Positions 9,899 to 22,448 of a stretch of 64,000 nt of DNA are shown in pieces. This stretch comes from Utricularia gibba (taxonomy: Eukaryota; Plantae; Magnoliophyta). Under the pieces are notes generated by a model, which had not been told where the DNA came from, did no database searches, and worked only from the letters and a program-made list of their open reading frames with translations. Position 1 is the stretch's first letter. The number at the start of each line of letters is the position of its first letter. The position numbers and the translations under genes were made by a program. The DNA is taken from positions 2,294,001 through 2,358,000 of the forward strand of contig NEEC01000010.1 of NCBI GenBank assembly GCA_002189035.1, in the 5' to 3' direction.

Positions 9899-11496
9899 TC
9901 AAAGATACATACAAGAAGAGGAACGTGTGAGATTCAGCGGCACCCCAAGATGCTTTTCTCGTAGAGTGACTTGGCACAAGACATTGGCGTAGAAGTTGGA
10001 TTTCACAAGCTTACCCAATATATAGGCTCTAGAGGTTACCAGCACCGTCAGGTTCAACGGCACCGCCATCAGCGCCGTCTTGCTCCGCCCGCTTCCCAGC
10101 CCGCCGTAGAGCGGCACCTGCCGTCCCTGAACCACGACGGCGAGTCTTCTCTGCGTCCGTCTCGGCTGGTAGAACTTGCCCATCTACGAAATCAACCAAT
10201 TAACACGCTTGGCATACTGCAGACGGGGTACTGCGTACTCACTTGGGCAGACGCGATCTCGAGGTCGAAGTATCGGAGATGGAGAGGAGCGGAGTCGACA
10301 TGGACGCCGAAGAACGTCGCCGGATTGGCGTACGCCATCACGACCGTCGAGTTCAAGGACAGCATGTCCGTCGGCACTCCGGTGGCATCCATCCCCGCTT
10401 GGACGTTCAAATTCTCGAAGCAAATGCTCTACATGAAATTCAAACGTAAATGCAACTTCAAATTTGACATGAGATTTTATTAGTTTTTTTATTTAATTAT
10501 ATGATTAAATTGTACTGCAAATTTTTGCAAATTTTTTTTAATTAATGAGTATTTTTCTAATTTTAAACGAATTTAATTATCTTTATTTTCTAATTATGTA
10601 ATTATCTTAATTGATGTATTTTTAATTATCTACTTCGATTTGAAAAGTTAAAAATTAATAATCTATTCTTTAATTTAAAGTTGTACTTCATATTATATGA
10701 AAAAGAATTATCTGAAATGCAATCAGTTTAAAATTAGCAAACTATTTTGTTAGATAATAGAAAATTACATTATAGAATTTAATACAATGAAATATATTGT
10801 GAGATTTAATATATTAAATTATATAATTTTTATAATTAATTTATTATTTAATTTAGAAAAAATATATAAAAAAATTCAATAATTTTTTAAATTAATTATA
10901 AAATATGAATTTCTAATTTACTATAAAATGATTAAATATTAAAATATTAAACAAAATTAAACAAAATCATTGTCTAACCGTTAATTTTTATTTCAACTAT
11001 TTATTTCTGTGGTACGTAAAGATAAGTGCGTGGTGACTGACCGTAACGGTAATCCTGGGCTTGTAGGCGAAGCTGGAAGCCCAGAGAATGAAGGAGAAGA
11101 GAGCAAAGAGAAGCAGAAACGAGAGCAGGAAGCAAACCATGTACACCTTGACCTGCTGCCCACCTTCGTCGTCTTCATCTTCTTCCCTTCCCCGGCGTCG
11201 AAATACCGGCGCCACCCGGTGGTTCTCGAGTTCTTCATCGAGGAGGAGAATCTGGAGGTGGAGGAGTCTTGCTCCTGAGACTGGAACAGATGGTGAGTGG
11301 GGGAAGCGAAGGGGCTTGAGGCGTACGACATCTTCTCTACATCCTGCAGCAGGGAATGGGCGGGGCTCTGGACGAAGTACCGGGGGAGCGGGGCGGCGAC
11401 ACCGCCATTTCCGACTCTGGGTTGCTGTGAAATGGGAGCTGCAGCTCTTGCATATTCATTTGTCGTAGTGGGATGTGGTGGGGTGCCTTCAAGCAT
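9899..11496 (-). CDS. LEA_2 / NDR1-HIN1-like membrane protein (At1g45688-like family); one apparent 1-bp frameshift at ~11185
   Basis: Exons 11496-11042, 10428-10243 and 10183-9899 with GT-AG introns. Motifs YFVQSP...DVEKMSY.SSP, a TM helix, AGMDATGVPTDMLSLNS and NPATFFGVHV. The frame is restored by adding one G to the GGG at 11185-11187. Confidence 0.85.
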
Positions 11497-12289
11497 TAAC
11501 TTGTGGGGAAAAAAAGAAGATGAGAGTGACTTGGAGTGATGGAAGACCGGAGAAGGCAATAAGTCCGCCATTAAATTGCAACATCCCACCGGGACAGCGA
11601 CTGAGAGAGAATATATGACTCCAAGGCGGTTTCTTGGTCCGGGAAACGAAACACGGTGGTGACTTATTGGGCTCCGGCGAAAATGGAGGACCGTTGGGCC
11701 GAGCTTATTGGTCAACATCAGGCCCATTGGAAGTCCATGCTTTTGAACTATGATACGCATCGGTGGAATGGAGACACGTGTCCCATTCGGGTGCGATGAT
11801 TCTTGGTTGTACCGCCGGTGGGAGTATTCACCGGCGCCTCCTTGTAAAAGGTTCAGGCGTCGAGATCACTGACTCCCGCGATAAGGGATAGGGATGAAGC
11901 CTTGATCCGTATATTCTCCGGCGACCCTCGTCCCTCAGGATGGCAAGATCGCCGACTCCGGCACGGTGGATAAATTCTCCGCAGCCGGAAATATCACCGC
12001 ACAACGACAACACGACGAGGGCAAGCTTTCAGAATCCCAGACCGTTAACTTGTTCTCCGCCGCTAAAAAGATGTAGAAGCCACAGGGTTTCAGGTGATGA
12101 AACTGACTGAGCAACTCGACAACCCTGAATTGTATGCAGTGGTGTTTGAATTTAACTAGACAATGGTGTGTTTATCATGTTCTTAGTGTGGGATTGGATG
12201 AAATTGCTTAATCAAATGAGGGAGATAACATTTATCAACATCCAGAATCAACATGGTCTATCAGATTTGGGATCTAATACAAAGAGAGC

Positions 12290-13231
12290 TTATGATCCAG
12301 GGGCAAACTTGGTGGCATAGACCCAAGCATTGTTGGCAACAGGGTTATCAAGATGATCCAACAGATTCTCAAGAGGCCCTTTACCGGTGACAATGGCTTG
12401 AACGAAGAATCCAAACATTGAGAACATGGCCAACCTCCCATTCTTAATCTCCTTCACCTTGAGCTCTGCGAGAGTCACAGGGTCATCGGCCAATCCAAGA
12501 GGATCAAAATACTGGCCTCCGGGATAAAGATCATTGCCCTCTCCAACACCTTCAAGCCCATTGATTCTGTATCCTTCCACAAGCCCCATGAGCACAACTT
12601 GGACCCCAAGAACTGCAAGAATGCTCTGAGCATGGACAAGGTTGGGGTTCCCTAGATAGTCAAGTCCTCCTTCGGAGAAGATCTGGGCTCCAGCCTTGAA
12701 CCAGACTGGTTCCTTGAAATCAACATTGAGCCATTTCTGAAGAACTTCAGGGGTTATGGAGCCTAGAGCTCCCAGCATTGCCCATCTCCCGTGAATGACC
12801 TGCATTCCAATCGTTGTTAATACACCCCGGGACTCTAAATTTTGCAGGCTGTGCGAGGGGAATTCGGTATTCACCTCAAGGGCTCTGTTTTTAGCGAAGG
12901 CCTCTGGATCCGCAGAGAGTCCGGCGGTATCCCATCCGTAGTCGCCGGGGAATTCTCCAGTGAGATACGATGGAGTTTGAGCGGAGAATGGTCCCAGGAA
13001 CTTGACGCGGTCGGGGCCGTACCACAGATCATTACCCTGTAGAACTCACGATTAAGAACGTCTGAACTCTACATAACAAAAGCTCTGGGGAATGGCGATA
13101 CTGACCATGGTATACTTGGCGCTTCCCATGGGGACAATGAATCTGAGGGGGTTGGAGTTCTTGGTCTGGCCCAAGAAGGGAGAAGGCTTCACGGCGGTCG
13201 TGGAGCTGGCGGCAGCAACCATTGATGCCAT
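12290..13231 (-). CDS. LHCB3: Light-harvesting chlorophyll a/b-binding protein Lhcb3, 265 aa
   Basis: Exons 13231-13106, 13036-12875 and 12799-12290. Mature N-terminus [38 protein letters not shown]. Confidence 0.95.
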
Positions 13232-13377
13232 CTTCAAGCACTTCTTTCCGGTCTGCGTGGGATGAAAAGCAGCTACTGAGCGAGTGTATTTCAAGGAGAA
13301 AAATCAAGGGAACGTGTGGTGGTGAGGCTTCGGGATCTTGGCAATGGGTTGCGGAGACGATAGCCTTCCAGAATTCA

Positions 13378-13449
13378 ACCAATCAGAATGCACTGAAAGA
13401 TTTATTGTATCTCCATGTCATATCCTTTTATCCACCACCCACCACGTCA
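13378..13449 (-). promoter_or_regulatory. Light-responsive promoter module of Lhcb3
   Basis: Three GATA motifs (tatc at 13408, 13421, 13429), G-box-like TGACGTGG (13442-13449) and a CCAAT at 13378. This combination is typical of CAB promoters. Confidence 0.45.
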
Positions 13450-13961
13450 AACGTGATCCAACGGCACACATTAATTCATAGATTCCTGATATTGGGCTTT
13501 CTAAACATTCCGGCCCAACATCTCGGCCCATTTTGTAAGTGGCAAATACTAACATCACCCCTGCTAGTCAATTTTCCCCTCATTTTCAATTTGAAAAAAA
13601 TTTATTCTATACAATTTTCTAAAATATGCAATGGATTAATTATTGATTCATATTAATTTAATTCATCAAAAACATGATTCCTCTTACTTATATGCATTGA
13701 TACCTCATAAATTAAGTATTTCTTCGATTTTAAATTACTTCAATTCGGCATAATTACTTCAGAAAAGAGCATAAGAAATATTTATAGAGTTTTGATTTTT
13801 TGAAAATAACAAAACTGCATATGAATTGTTATTTATAGAAACTAAATAATATATCCAAAATCAAATGCCAAAATTTTATATTGATTAATGGGACAAAATT
13901 TGGTGAAGCAAATAGACACGAATAAAGGGATGAGGAGATAAAACTGGGCGGTCAATTTGTA

Positions 13962-15036
13962 TCAAAAGGAGCGATTAACGTGGAGTGCTGCGGTTTTGGT
14001 GGATTTACACAGCGGGCAATTCTGAACCGCAGCGACGCAGACACCGCAAACGCACAGATGTCGACAGGGAGGAGGAGGACGCACGATTCCTCTCTCCGGC
14101 ATCTACGGCACATGCTGCTGCTGCTGCCGCTGCCGCTCTCGTCGCCGTTGCTGGTGCTGCCGCAGGACGATTCAGCATCGTTTGCTAGATCCGCTTCCTC
14201 GCCGCGGCGCTGCTTGTCGTCCTCGGCCTTGGCGAGGACCTGCTCCAGATTAGATCGGAGAGCGTTCACCGCCGCCTCATTGGACTGTGCCAAATCGCGC
14301 CACAGTTGGTTCTCGGCAGCCAGAGATTTCAATCGATCCTCCAGTGCGAGATTTAGTTGACTAATTTTCGCGATTTCTTCCTCTTTTTCCTTCAGTTTCT
14401 TTGCGACGGCTTCCTCCACCGTCGCCGCGATTTTCCTCGAGTAGTGCTTCCGCCGCTCGTCGATTTTCCTCATCACGATTTCAGTCTGTGGAGAAGTTGA
14501 TCGAAGGCCGATGTCAGGCAGGGGGGAACGATTCTCGGAAATGTGAAACATCGGTGCTTACATTTTGTGCGATGAATCGGTCCATTTCCGCCATCTGATT
14601 GTGGATATGGCTGGAGATATCTTCGCCGAGAAAAGTGAATACTCCACCGGCTCCGCCGCCGTGATTAGCCTTAGCATCAATCTGATCCGGGAAACAGGGA
14701 GTAGGAGGAGAAATAGTCGATTCTCTCTGCCGCTTCCTCGATAAAGGAGCGTACGTCAAACCGCTATCAGATTTCACCGAGTGAAACCCAGCGGCCAGCG
14801 GCGACCAATACACCGTCTCCGGCGCCGCAGCGGCGGACATCATATTCCCATTCCCGTCAACGGCATATCCTCTGCATCGTATTCCCAAGAATGACTGAAC
14901 ACATCTCCAAAACCGCAACAAGAAGAGAGATCGGCGGGTACCTGTTCGGAAACATCTCCTGCGATAACAGGCTGAGCAGCCGCCCTTCCACCGCCACCGG
15001 CGACCGGTAATGAAATTCTTGACTCCCTTTGATCAT
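13962..15036 (-). CDS. BOI-related (BRG/SBP) RING E3 ubiquitin ligase; one apparent 1-bp frameshift at ~14067
   Basis: Exons 15036-14942, 14871-14562 and 14485-13962. SDSGLTY...SRKRQR motif, coiled coil with ENQLWRDLAQSNEA, C-terminal RING (CRRC...LLLP-CRHLCVCGVC...CPLC) after restoring one C. Confidence 0.85.
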
Positions 15037-18000
15037 CGAACAATGACCAGTCTTCCCTTTCTTGCTCTTCGTGGGGGTTCTGTTTATTCAACTGGTCTGC
15101 ATTTGAATCCGTGTTTTGGGCAGAGCAGAGACAGAAGTTGCGGGGGGAGAAGAAAAAACAAAGCATGGGAAAAAAGCAACGACGCATCGGAACAAATATA
15201 TACGGAGAACCGAGACAGAGATGGGCCCCATTCGCTTCTTCCCAAGTCTAACCCCACCCGGGTCGACCCGCATCCGCTTCCCGGTATGATTTGACTTGAA
15301 AACAGAACTTTTTTACTATTTTTTATTCTGAACACAAATGTGAAACAGTGGAATATTTAGGTTGTTGCCCACTGAATAAATGATTCACAATCACACACTC
15401 CTTACCCTCCCACAATTTGTCCCTTTTTATTTAATTTCTATATTTAAAAAAATAAGATTCCTATAAATAAATCAATTGTAGAAATTTAGGGGGATCCGTA
15501 CGTGAAAAGATAAATTTCCAAATATGACAGATACGTAATAAATCAGGAGAATTAGTTTCAATTTCCGAATAAGATAATTACCTTCTAAGTACGAGGGATG
15601 GAAGGGAAACCCAGTTGCTAAATATCTAAATAAATTTTTTTTTCCAGACCCAGAGAAAGGATGGCGAGTGGGTTGAATGTGACAAAGAGAGAAGAAAAAA
15701 GGGTGGATTCCCACTGAAGAAAAAATAATTAATATTTCGAATTTTGGTTCGAATTTCAAAACTCTATTATTGCACTTATCTGTCCCGCTCTACTTTTCTC
15801 TTTTACCCACCACCTAAAATCTTAAAAGACAAGCAATAAAGCGTTTTTTCTTTTTTTCCTCATTCAATTTATTATTATTATTTTTTTTGAAAAAAAAGGG
15901 GGGCGGATTCGATAAGATTGAAGGAAACTTCTCGACGGTTTCTTCTCGTGTCGCATTTCATGTGATGGGCACTGCCAAGTCAATTGCATGTATCGTGGGG
16001 TTGGTTCCTCGTGCTTCCAAAGTTGCTGATCCCGTGTAACGTTTTTATTTAATGCCCATTGACGTAGTGTCTATATTCTATAATTATAACACACACATGC
16101 TAATTTTATATTTAACCAATATAATGATCACATGGAACTCATGGGATAAGATAGTTTGATGATATAACACAGTTTGTGTTCAAAACGATTAAATCACATT
16201 ATGTATTATATGTTAAAATTAAGAATTGGATACGTCTGTACCAGCAAATACTAATTTAATATTTAAAATATTAAATTCAATCAATTATTATTAATCTATA
16301 ATTTATTATATATTTCAATTTAATTTCTAATATATAATATTATAAATTCAATTTTTATTTGTGTGCAACCTAAAACTGTTAAATCACATTATGAATACCA
16401 TAGATGGATATCGCAAATATCATTTTAATATTTTAATTTATAAAAGATTAAAATTCAATCAATTAATTATGATTTATAATTTATTGTATACTTGAATATT
16501 TTAATTTAATTTCTCCAAATGTAAGTGTCCAATTGTTATTTGTTTAAATTTAAAAACGGTTAAATGTTGATTTTTCTAAAACCGAAAGTAACTGAATTAC
16601 AAGAGCACATGCACATAAGGTAGCTAGACAGGGTTCCGCGGTCCAGTGCGGCGGTGGGGAGAGTAGGAAGGGGATGACCCACGCCAGCCAGCAGACAGAA
16701 GCATAAAGCGATGATAAGCAATCCATGGCGTCTTCTGATGTTGGTTTTCCAAAGGTAGGGAAGCAGCGTTTCCCTTTTCTCGTTTCGTGGGTTTCTTCGC
16801 CTTTTTTTCTCAGCTTTAACCCACTAAAGTTTCACGGAGTTATTGTGCTGCATATAACACATGCTTTTCTTTTCTTCTCTTCCTCCGGCCCCCGCCAGCG
16901 CCGAATCCACACCAGCGCAGCGCAATGAATGAACAGCAGCATCCCACAGGACTTTGCAGGGATCCACGAGCTGATAAAGCCGAAAGCGATTCATGGAGGA
17001 TGGAGGCGTTTTAGGGCCAAATGCGCATCCAGGAATATCTCATATCAGCCGCAGCGTGCGTGCGTGAGTGAATGAGTGAGAATGCATCCCTTTTTCGGGA
17101 GGCATCTTTCAAGATGGGAAATGGGAGTGGGAATGGAGGAGGAGATCAGTGGGGAGGGGGGGTGCCCATTTGAATATTTGGTCACACAAAGTAGAGAGAA
17201 TAACAAAAAGGCGTTATTCGAGAGAGACTCCTATGGATGATGGAGCAACCAACACTTGCACACTGCTTTCACCTGTAGCCTGCCTCTAGTGCGCTCCTAT
17301 GGATGGCGCACCCGGTACCATCAGATAGTGCTCGTTATCGATTAAAAAATAAAAGTAAAATAATCAAATATATAAGAATTATAAATTATTAATAATTATT
17401 TGAATTTAATTTTTTAATATAATTTATATTTATTATGTATTTAAATTTTAAATATATGATCTTGAATTTTGATACTTTTGATTCCAAATACTATTAAACT
17501 TCTCCATCACCATCCCATAAATTACTAATAATTGATTGAATTTAATCGTTTGTAATATGATTTATATTTATAAAACCCAATGTGGATCAAGAAAATGAGG
17601 TTTTAGGGTGGTTGTCAGAGATCTGTGTAAAGGAATGAGGTTGGGGGTACGTTGTGAAGTCAAATGATGTGTTCTTCAACATGGCGTGTTGAAAGTCGAC
17701 CAAAAACGACGTCGTCCCCTCCTATCAATTCAACACCTACGCTACTTGGCCTCTTCCTTCCCCTCCCCATATATATATTTTCTTTTTGTTTAATTGGGAA
17801 TATGGAATCATGTCTTTTCGAGTAGTAATCCTGTGAGTCCCGAGCAGTGGACCATGGCGCAATACTCATTCTCCGTTTGTGGGGGGCTAATAAATGAGAG
17901 AATTTATACATTCGCCCCTACTCTTTTTCTTTATTACATAACAATCGCACCGGACACTTGTGTGGATACTTTGAAAGTAGGACACGGCGGGGGTGTTTTT

Positions 18001-18630
18001 TCTCTAGTAATCAGTCAGTGGTTTGGAAGAATTATTGGGTACGAAAAGGTTGGTTTTTTTTCAGAGAAAGTCGAAAAAGGTAGGCTGGAAAACAGGGGAC
18101 TTCTCATGCAGATTGGCACATGAAGATCGGTCGGCAGAATGATGGGAGTGGGTCACGGTCAAGCCCCAGGCCCACCATTTGCTCAGACCAGGCCCACCAT
18201 AGCGTGGGCCGACTCACTCTGTGCAAATTTTTTCCCCGCCTCCAGACCGCTCAGCCCTCTGGACCGGGTCTCCCCACAGACTCTCCATGTGAGGCGTGAC
18301 GCAGACAGACCCGGCCTGGCCAGCACCAGCACCATTTTTTATTTTTTATTTTTTATTTTGAAGGACAATAATTTGATGGGCACTTCCAAATGTTATTCTT
18401 TCAAACAAAAAAATAAAGTTTTCAATTTTTTTGGTAGTGGAATCAACGTTCTCCCGTGGTGAATGAACTACGTGTTCTTCAGGCAAAGCGAATGAGGGAA
18501 ACGCCAAGCGCAACCGCGAATGTCAGAACTCATGAAGAAGAAACGCAAACGGCTAAACAAGCGGTGTAGAACAAATGGAGTCAGTAGTAGTTAAGGTGTT
18601 TGGAAGCATTCAGATTTGAACTCCCACAAT

Positions 18631-21600
18631 AAAAATTGGACAGGAGCAGCATTCATGAGTTCAGAATTGGACAGATGCAAGCATACAATTTCCCCCAGGC
18701 TCCTCACAGCTTATCCTCGTACTTGGACAGAGGTGTGAGAAGCGCAACCGCGAATGTGAGAACTCATGAGGAAGAAAAGAAAACGGACAAACAGGCTTAT
18801 CCGTAGTAGTAGTTCAGGTGTTTGGAAGCATTTAGACAGATTTGAACTCCCACAAAAAAGCTGCAAGTGTTGATCTATCCTCTCAGAGCTTATCCTCGTA
18901 CTCGGACAGCGGTGTCATCTGCTCCTTGAGGCCCTTGCGCTTCCGGATATCGGCGACCAGAGTGGCGGCCTGGGATCCGGATTCCAGTGGGTCGGACGAC
19001 ATCATGTCCCAGTGGTCGAACACGCACTGCGGGAACGCCTGTCCCGAAGTTGCGGCGCGCAGGGTGCTGGAGAAACCGAAGGACTCGATGACGGGGAGAT
19101 ACGCTTTGATGTTGTAGAGGGGAGTGCCCGGCCTCTGCATTTCCTCGAACACGTGGCCGCGCTTCTGGTTCAGCACACTGTAGATGCCACCCAGGGCCTG
19201 CTCCGGGGCCTGGATCTCAACCAGGTATACTGGCTCCAACAGGCGGGGCTTTGCGGTCAGATGAGAGGCGTAGACCACTCTTCTCGCCGTGGGAATGACT
19301 TGGCCGCCGCCCCTGTGAATGGCGTCGGCGTGGAGGACCACGTCGCACACTTCGAAGCAGATGCCCCTCATGTTCTCCTCCGCCAACGGCCCTTCCTTGG
19401 AAGCCCACTGGAAACCGGCGACCACCGAGTCCTTGATCTCATTCAGGTACTGAACTCCCTTGCACATGTCCACGACCATGTTGGGGCCGGTGGTCTCGGG
19501 GCCGAAGCACCATATCTTCTTGGCGAGCTCCTTGTCCCACCCGAACTCTTCCGACAAGATCTTGGAGCGAACCTTGGGATCATCCCTCGGGCCAATACGC
19601 CCGTCGTCAATGGCTTCTGCGAGTCCATCTTCCAGCGGTCTGGCTTCCATGTACAGACGGTTGTGCTTGTTGGGAGATTTGCTCATGACGGTGCGGCTGG
19701 ATCTCTCCAGCACCGTCTCACGGAAGGACACCACCGGATCAGATTTCACGATCTCGGCACCCCCCATGAAGTCCTCCTGCAGGTCCTTGAGGCAGATCTC
19801 AAGGTGAAGTTCTCCTGCACCAGCAATAATATGCTCACCCGACTCCTCGATGCTGCACACCACCATAGGATCAGACTTCGCCAAACGCTTCAGTCCCTCC
19901 ACAAGCTTCGGCAGATCAGACGCAACCTTGCACTGTACAGCAACACGCACGACGGGTGACACGGAGAACTTCATTGCTCGAATCGGGTGTGCATCCACTT
20001 CCTTCTCATTCGTAAGTGTGGCGTTCTTCGTGATGAACTGATCCAACCCAACCATGGCCACGGTGTTCCCACAGGGGACATCCTCCACGGTCTCTTGTCT
20101 CTTTCCCATCCAAATAACAGTTCGCTGCACACTCTTCACGTACAGGTCCTTCTTCTCTCCGGGCACATAATTCGGACCCATGATTCTCACCTTCAAACCT
20201 GTAGACACCTTTCCCGAGAACACACGTCCGAATGCATAGAACCTTCCCTTGTCAGAGGCCGGAATCATCTTCGAGACATAAAGCATGAGCGGCCCCTCGG
20301 GATCACAGTTTCTGATAGCATTCGCATACATATCATCGAGAGGTCCCTCGTACAGGTTCTCCACACGGTACTTCTGGGCCTTTGCAGGTGAGGGAAGATG
20401 GAATATCATCATTTCCAGTAGAGCGTTGCTGGCAGGAAGCCAGGTCTGCATCACCCGCTTCATCAACGCCTTTCCCATCAGTTCCTTTTCTTCTGATTTC
20501 ATCGTCACGCCGAGCTTCTGCAACATGGGCCACAGTTTCTCCTTCTGGTCATTCATGCACGTGGCAATTATCTGCTTGATAGGCTCGTAGCAGAACTGTA
20601 CAAAACCGCGCTTGCAGGTAGGAGACCCAGAATTCTTGGTAGTCCACTTCTTCGTGGCAGGATCAAAGAAATTCTCTCCCCACAGCCTCTCCATCATCTT
20701 CCCCTCATCCACACCAAATTTGGAAGCATACATCTTGGCGAAATTCGTCAAGGTAAACGCCCAGCCGTGCAGACCCGCAGAAAAAGCAACCGTACCCTTT
20801 TCGGGGTACACCATAACATCACCGAGGAGAGGATCTTCGTATGTGGCCATGATAACGTTGGCATTCTCGATGACCCTCTGAAATGTTTGGTAAGCTTCTT
20901 CTCCTTCAACCTGCAGCTCAAGGAAGCACCTGTCCATCTTGTTCACCGTCAACACGGGTCTGATTCTCTCTCCAAGAGCTTGTCGCAGGACAGTCTCCGT
21001 TTGAACACACACGCCCTCTACACAATCCACCACCACAAGAGCACCGTCGGTAATACGGAGAGCAGCCGTCACTTCGGACGAGAAGTCCACGTGTCCAGGG
21101 GAATCAATGAGATTGATGAGGTACTCGTTTCCTTGTCTCTCCCCCTTGTAGTTCTTGAGAGATTCATCAGACATCTCGTAGTACAAGGAGATGCCAGTAG
21201 ACTTAATAGTGATACCACGCTCAGCCTCGTCAGCTCGCGTATCCGTCATTCTCACATCACCAGCAACCTCCTGGGCAATGATACCCGCAGCAGCAACAAG
21301 GGAATCCGTCAGTGTTGACTTCCCTGGAAGAAGATGAAAATACAAAGCGATCAAGCACTGAACGGACATCCCATGGCACAGAATTAATGCCAAATAACTC
21401 TGATATTGTCATACGAAATATAACCACAATCAAACTGAGGCCTCATACCATGATCAACATGGGCGATAACCGACATGTTGCGTATGTTATGCTTCAGGTC
21501 CATAATTCTACGGAGCTCATCTGCTGTGAACTTCACCTGTAATCATCAAGTACAGTAGCACATTAGGGTCCCAAAAAATAAGCCTGCTAGTTTTTCTCAC

Positions 21601-21678
21601 TAATGATAAAAAAAGAAGAAAACTTTCGGCTTACCATCTTCGCAGATCAGATTCAGACGCTAGAGGCTGCTAGTATAA
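18631..21678. repeat. Left arm of a ~3.05 kb inverted repeat (partner 24977-28023)
   Basis: All mirrored ORF pairs have identical translations and coordinate sums of 46655. The only difference I saw is a 5G/4G run in the 3' flank. Confidence 0.95.
18883..21637 (-). CDS. EEF2: Translation elongation factor 2 (copy A), 843 aa
   Basis: Exons 21637-21635 (ATG), 21536-21449 and 21323-18883. [34 protein letters not shown], diphthamide loop [11 protein letters not shown]. Confidence 0.97.
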
Positions 21679-22123
21679 GAAGAATCTGCCACTGGTACAA
21701 ATAAAGATTGTAACTTCGTTCAGAGAAGGATATATAGCAAGTTCAAACAGAACAAGAAAAAACCATATCAAGCTGGAAACTCTAGAAAACTAAAAGAGCC
21801 GCCAAAGCGTAAGTGGCACAAATAATGCCATGAATTTGAAGAACACCCAAATTCTGATTCCTTTCTATGAACGAAAAACAACTGGATTAACCTTAAGAAG
21901 CATTATTATAATATAGCTCTAAAATCGATGACAATAGGGGAAAATGCGATCCATCAAATCATCCAAGTAGCGACGCAAACACATACGTTTAAACACGGTT
22001 AAAATATTCCATTGCCAAAAAAGAAGAATCCTGACACCGCAATCGTAAGGCATATGTATGCATACAGAGAAAACGGAAGAACGTGGCGACAACCTCCGGC
22101 GCACTCTGATGTGTGCCGCGGCA

Positions 22124-22132
22124 AAACCCTAA
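22124..22132 (-). promoter_or_regulatory. Telo-box (AAACCCTAA) in the eEF2-A promoter/5'UTR
   Basis: Exact motif next to a TATA-like element (22136-22141) and a CCAAT (22147). Telo-boxes are established in plant translation-machinery promoters. Confidence 0.6.
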
Positions 22133-22448
22133 GCCTTATAACAGGACCAATCACCGAAGTATAACTGAGAATATTCTCGAATATTTTCTTATTGTGATTA
22201 AATTAATCAATTATTGTAAAAACATTGTTAAATATTTTTCTTAAAAAGATGATCATCTTAAAATTACGTTGCAAATCATGATTTAATCATAATTTATTTA
22301 TTATATTTTAATCAAATTCGTTTTCTAAAGACGATTAGGGCCCCTAATTGAACGCACTGATTTGGGTGAAGTTGTCATATTTGTACATTGGCGCCGAATG
22401 TAACCGCCACCGGCAACCGGGCGGCGGTAGTTTCAGGGTGGGTCGTGT

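Noticed and set aside
16624-16655. Possible Helitron 3' end (short GC stem plus CTAG on the minus strand)
   Set aside because: The stem is only 4 bp, CTAG is not followed by T, and no 5' TC end could be identified.
19012-19959. 315-aa antisense ORF over eEF2 (mirrored at 26696-27643) and many other overlapping ORFs
   Set aside because: Expected by-product of GC-rich codon usage on the opposite strand. No recognisable domain, and the listed start is not a convincing initiation context.
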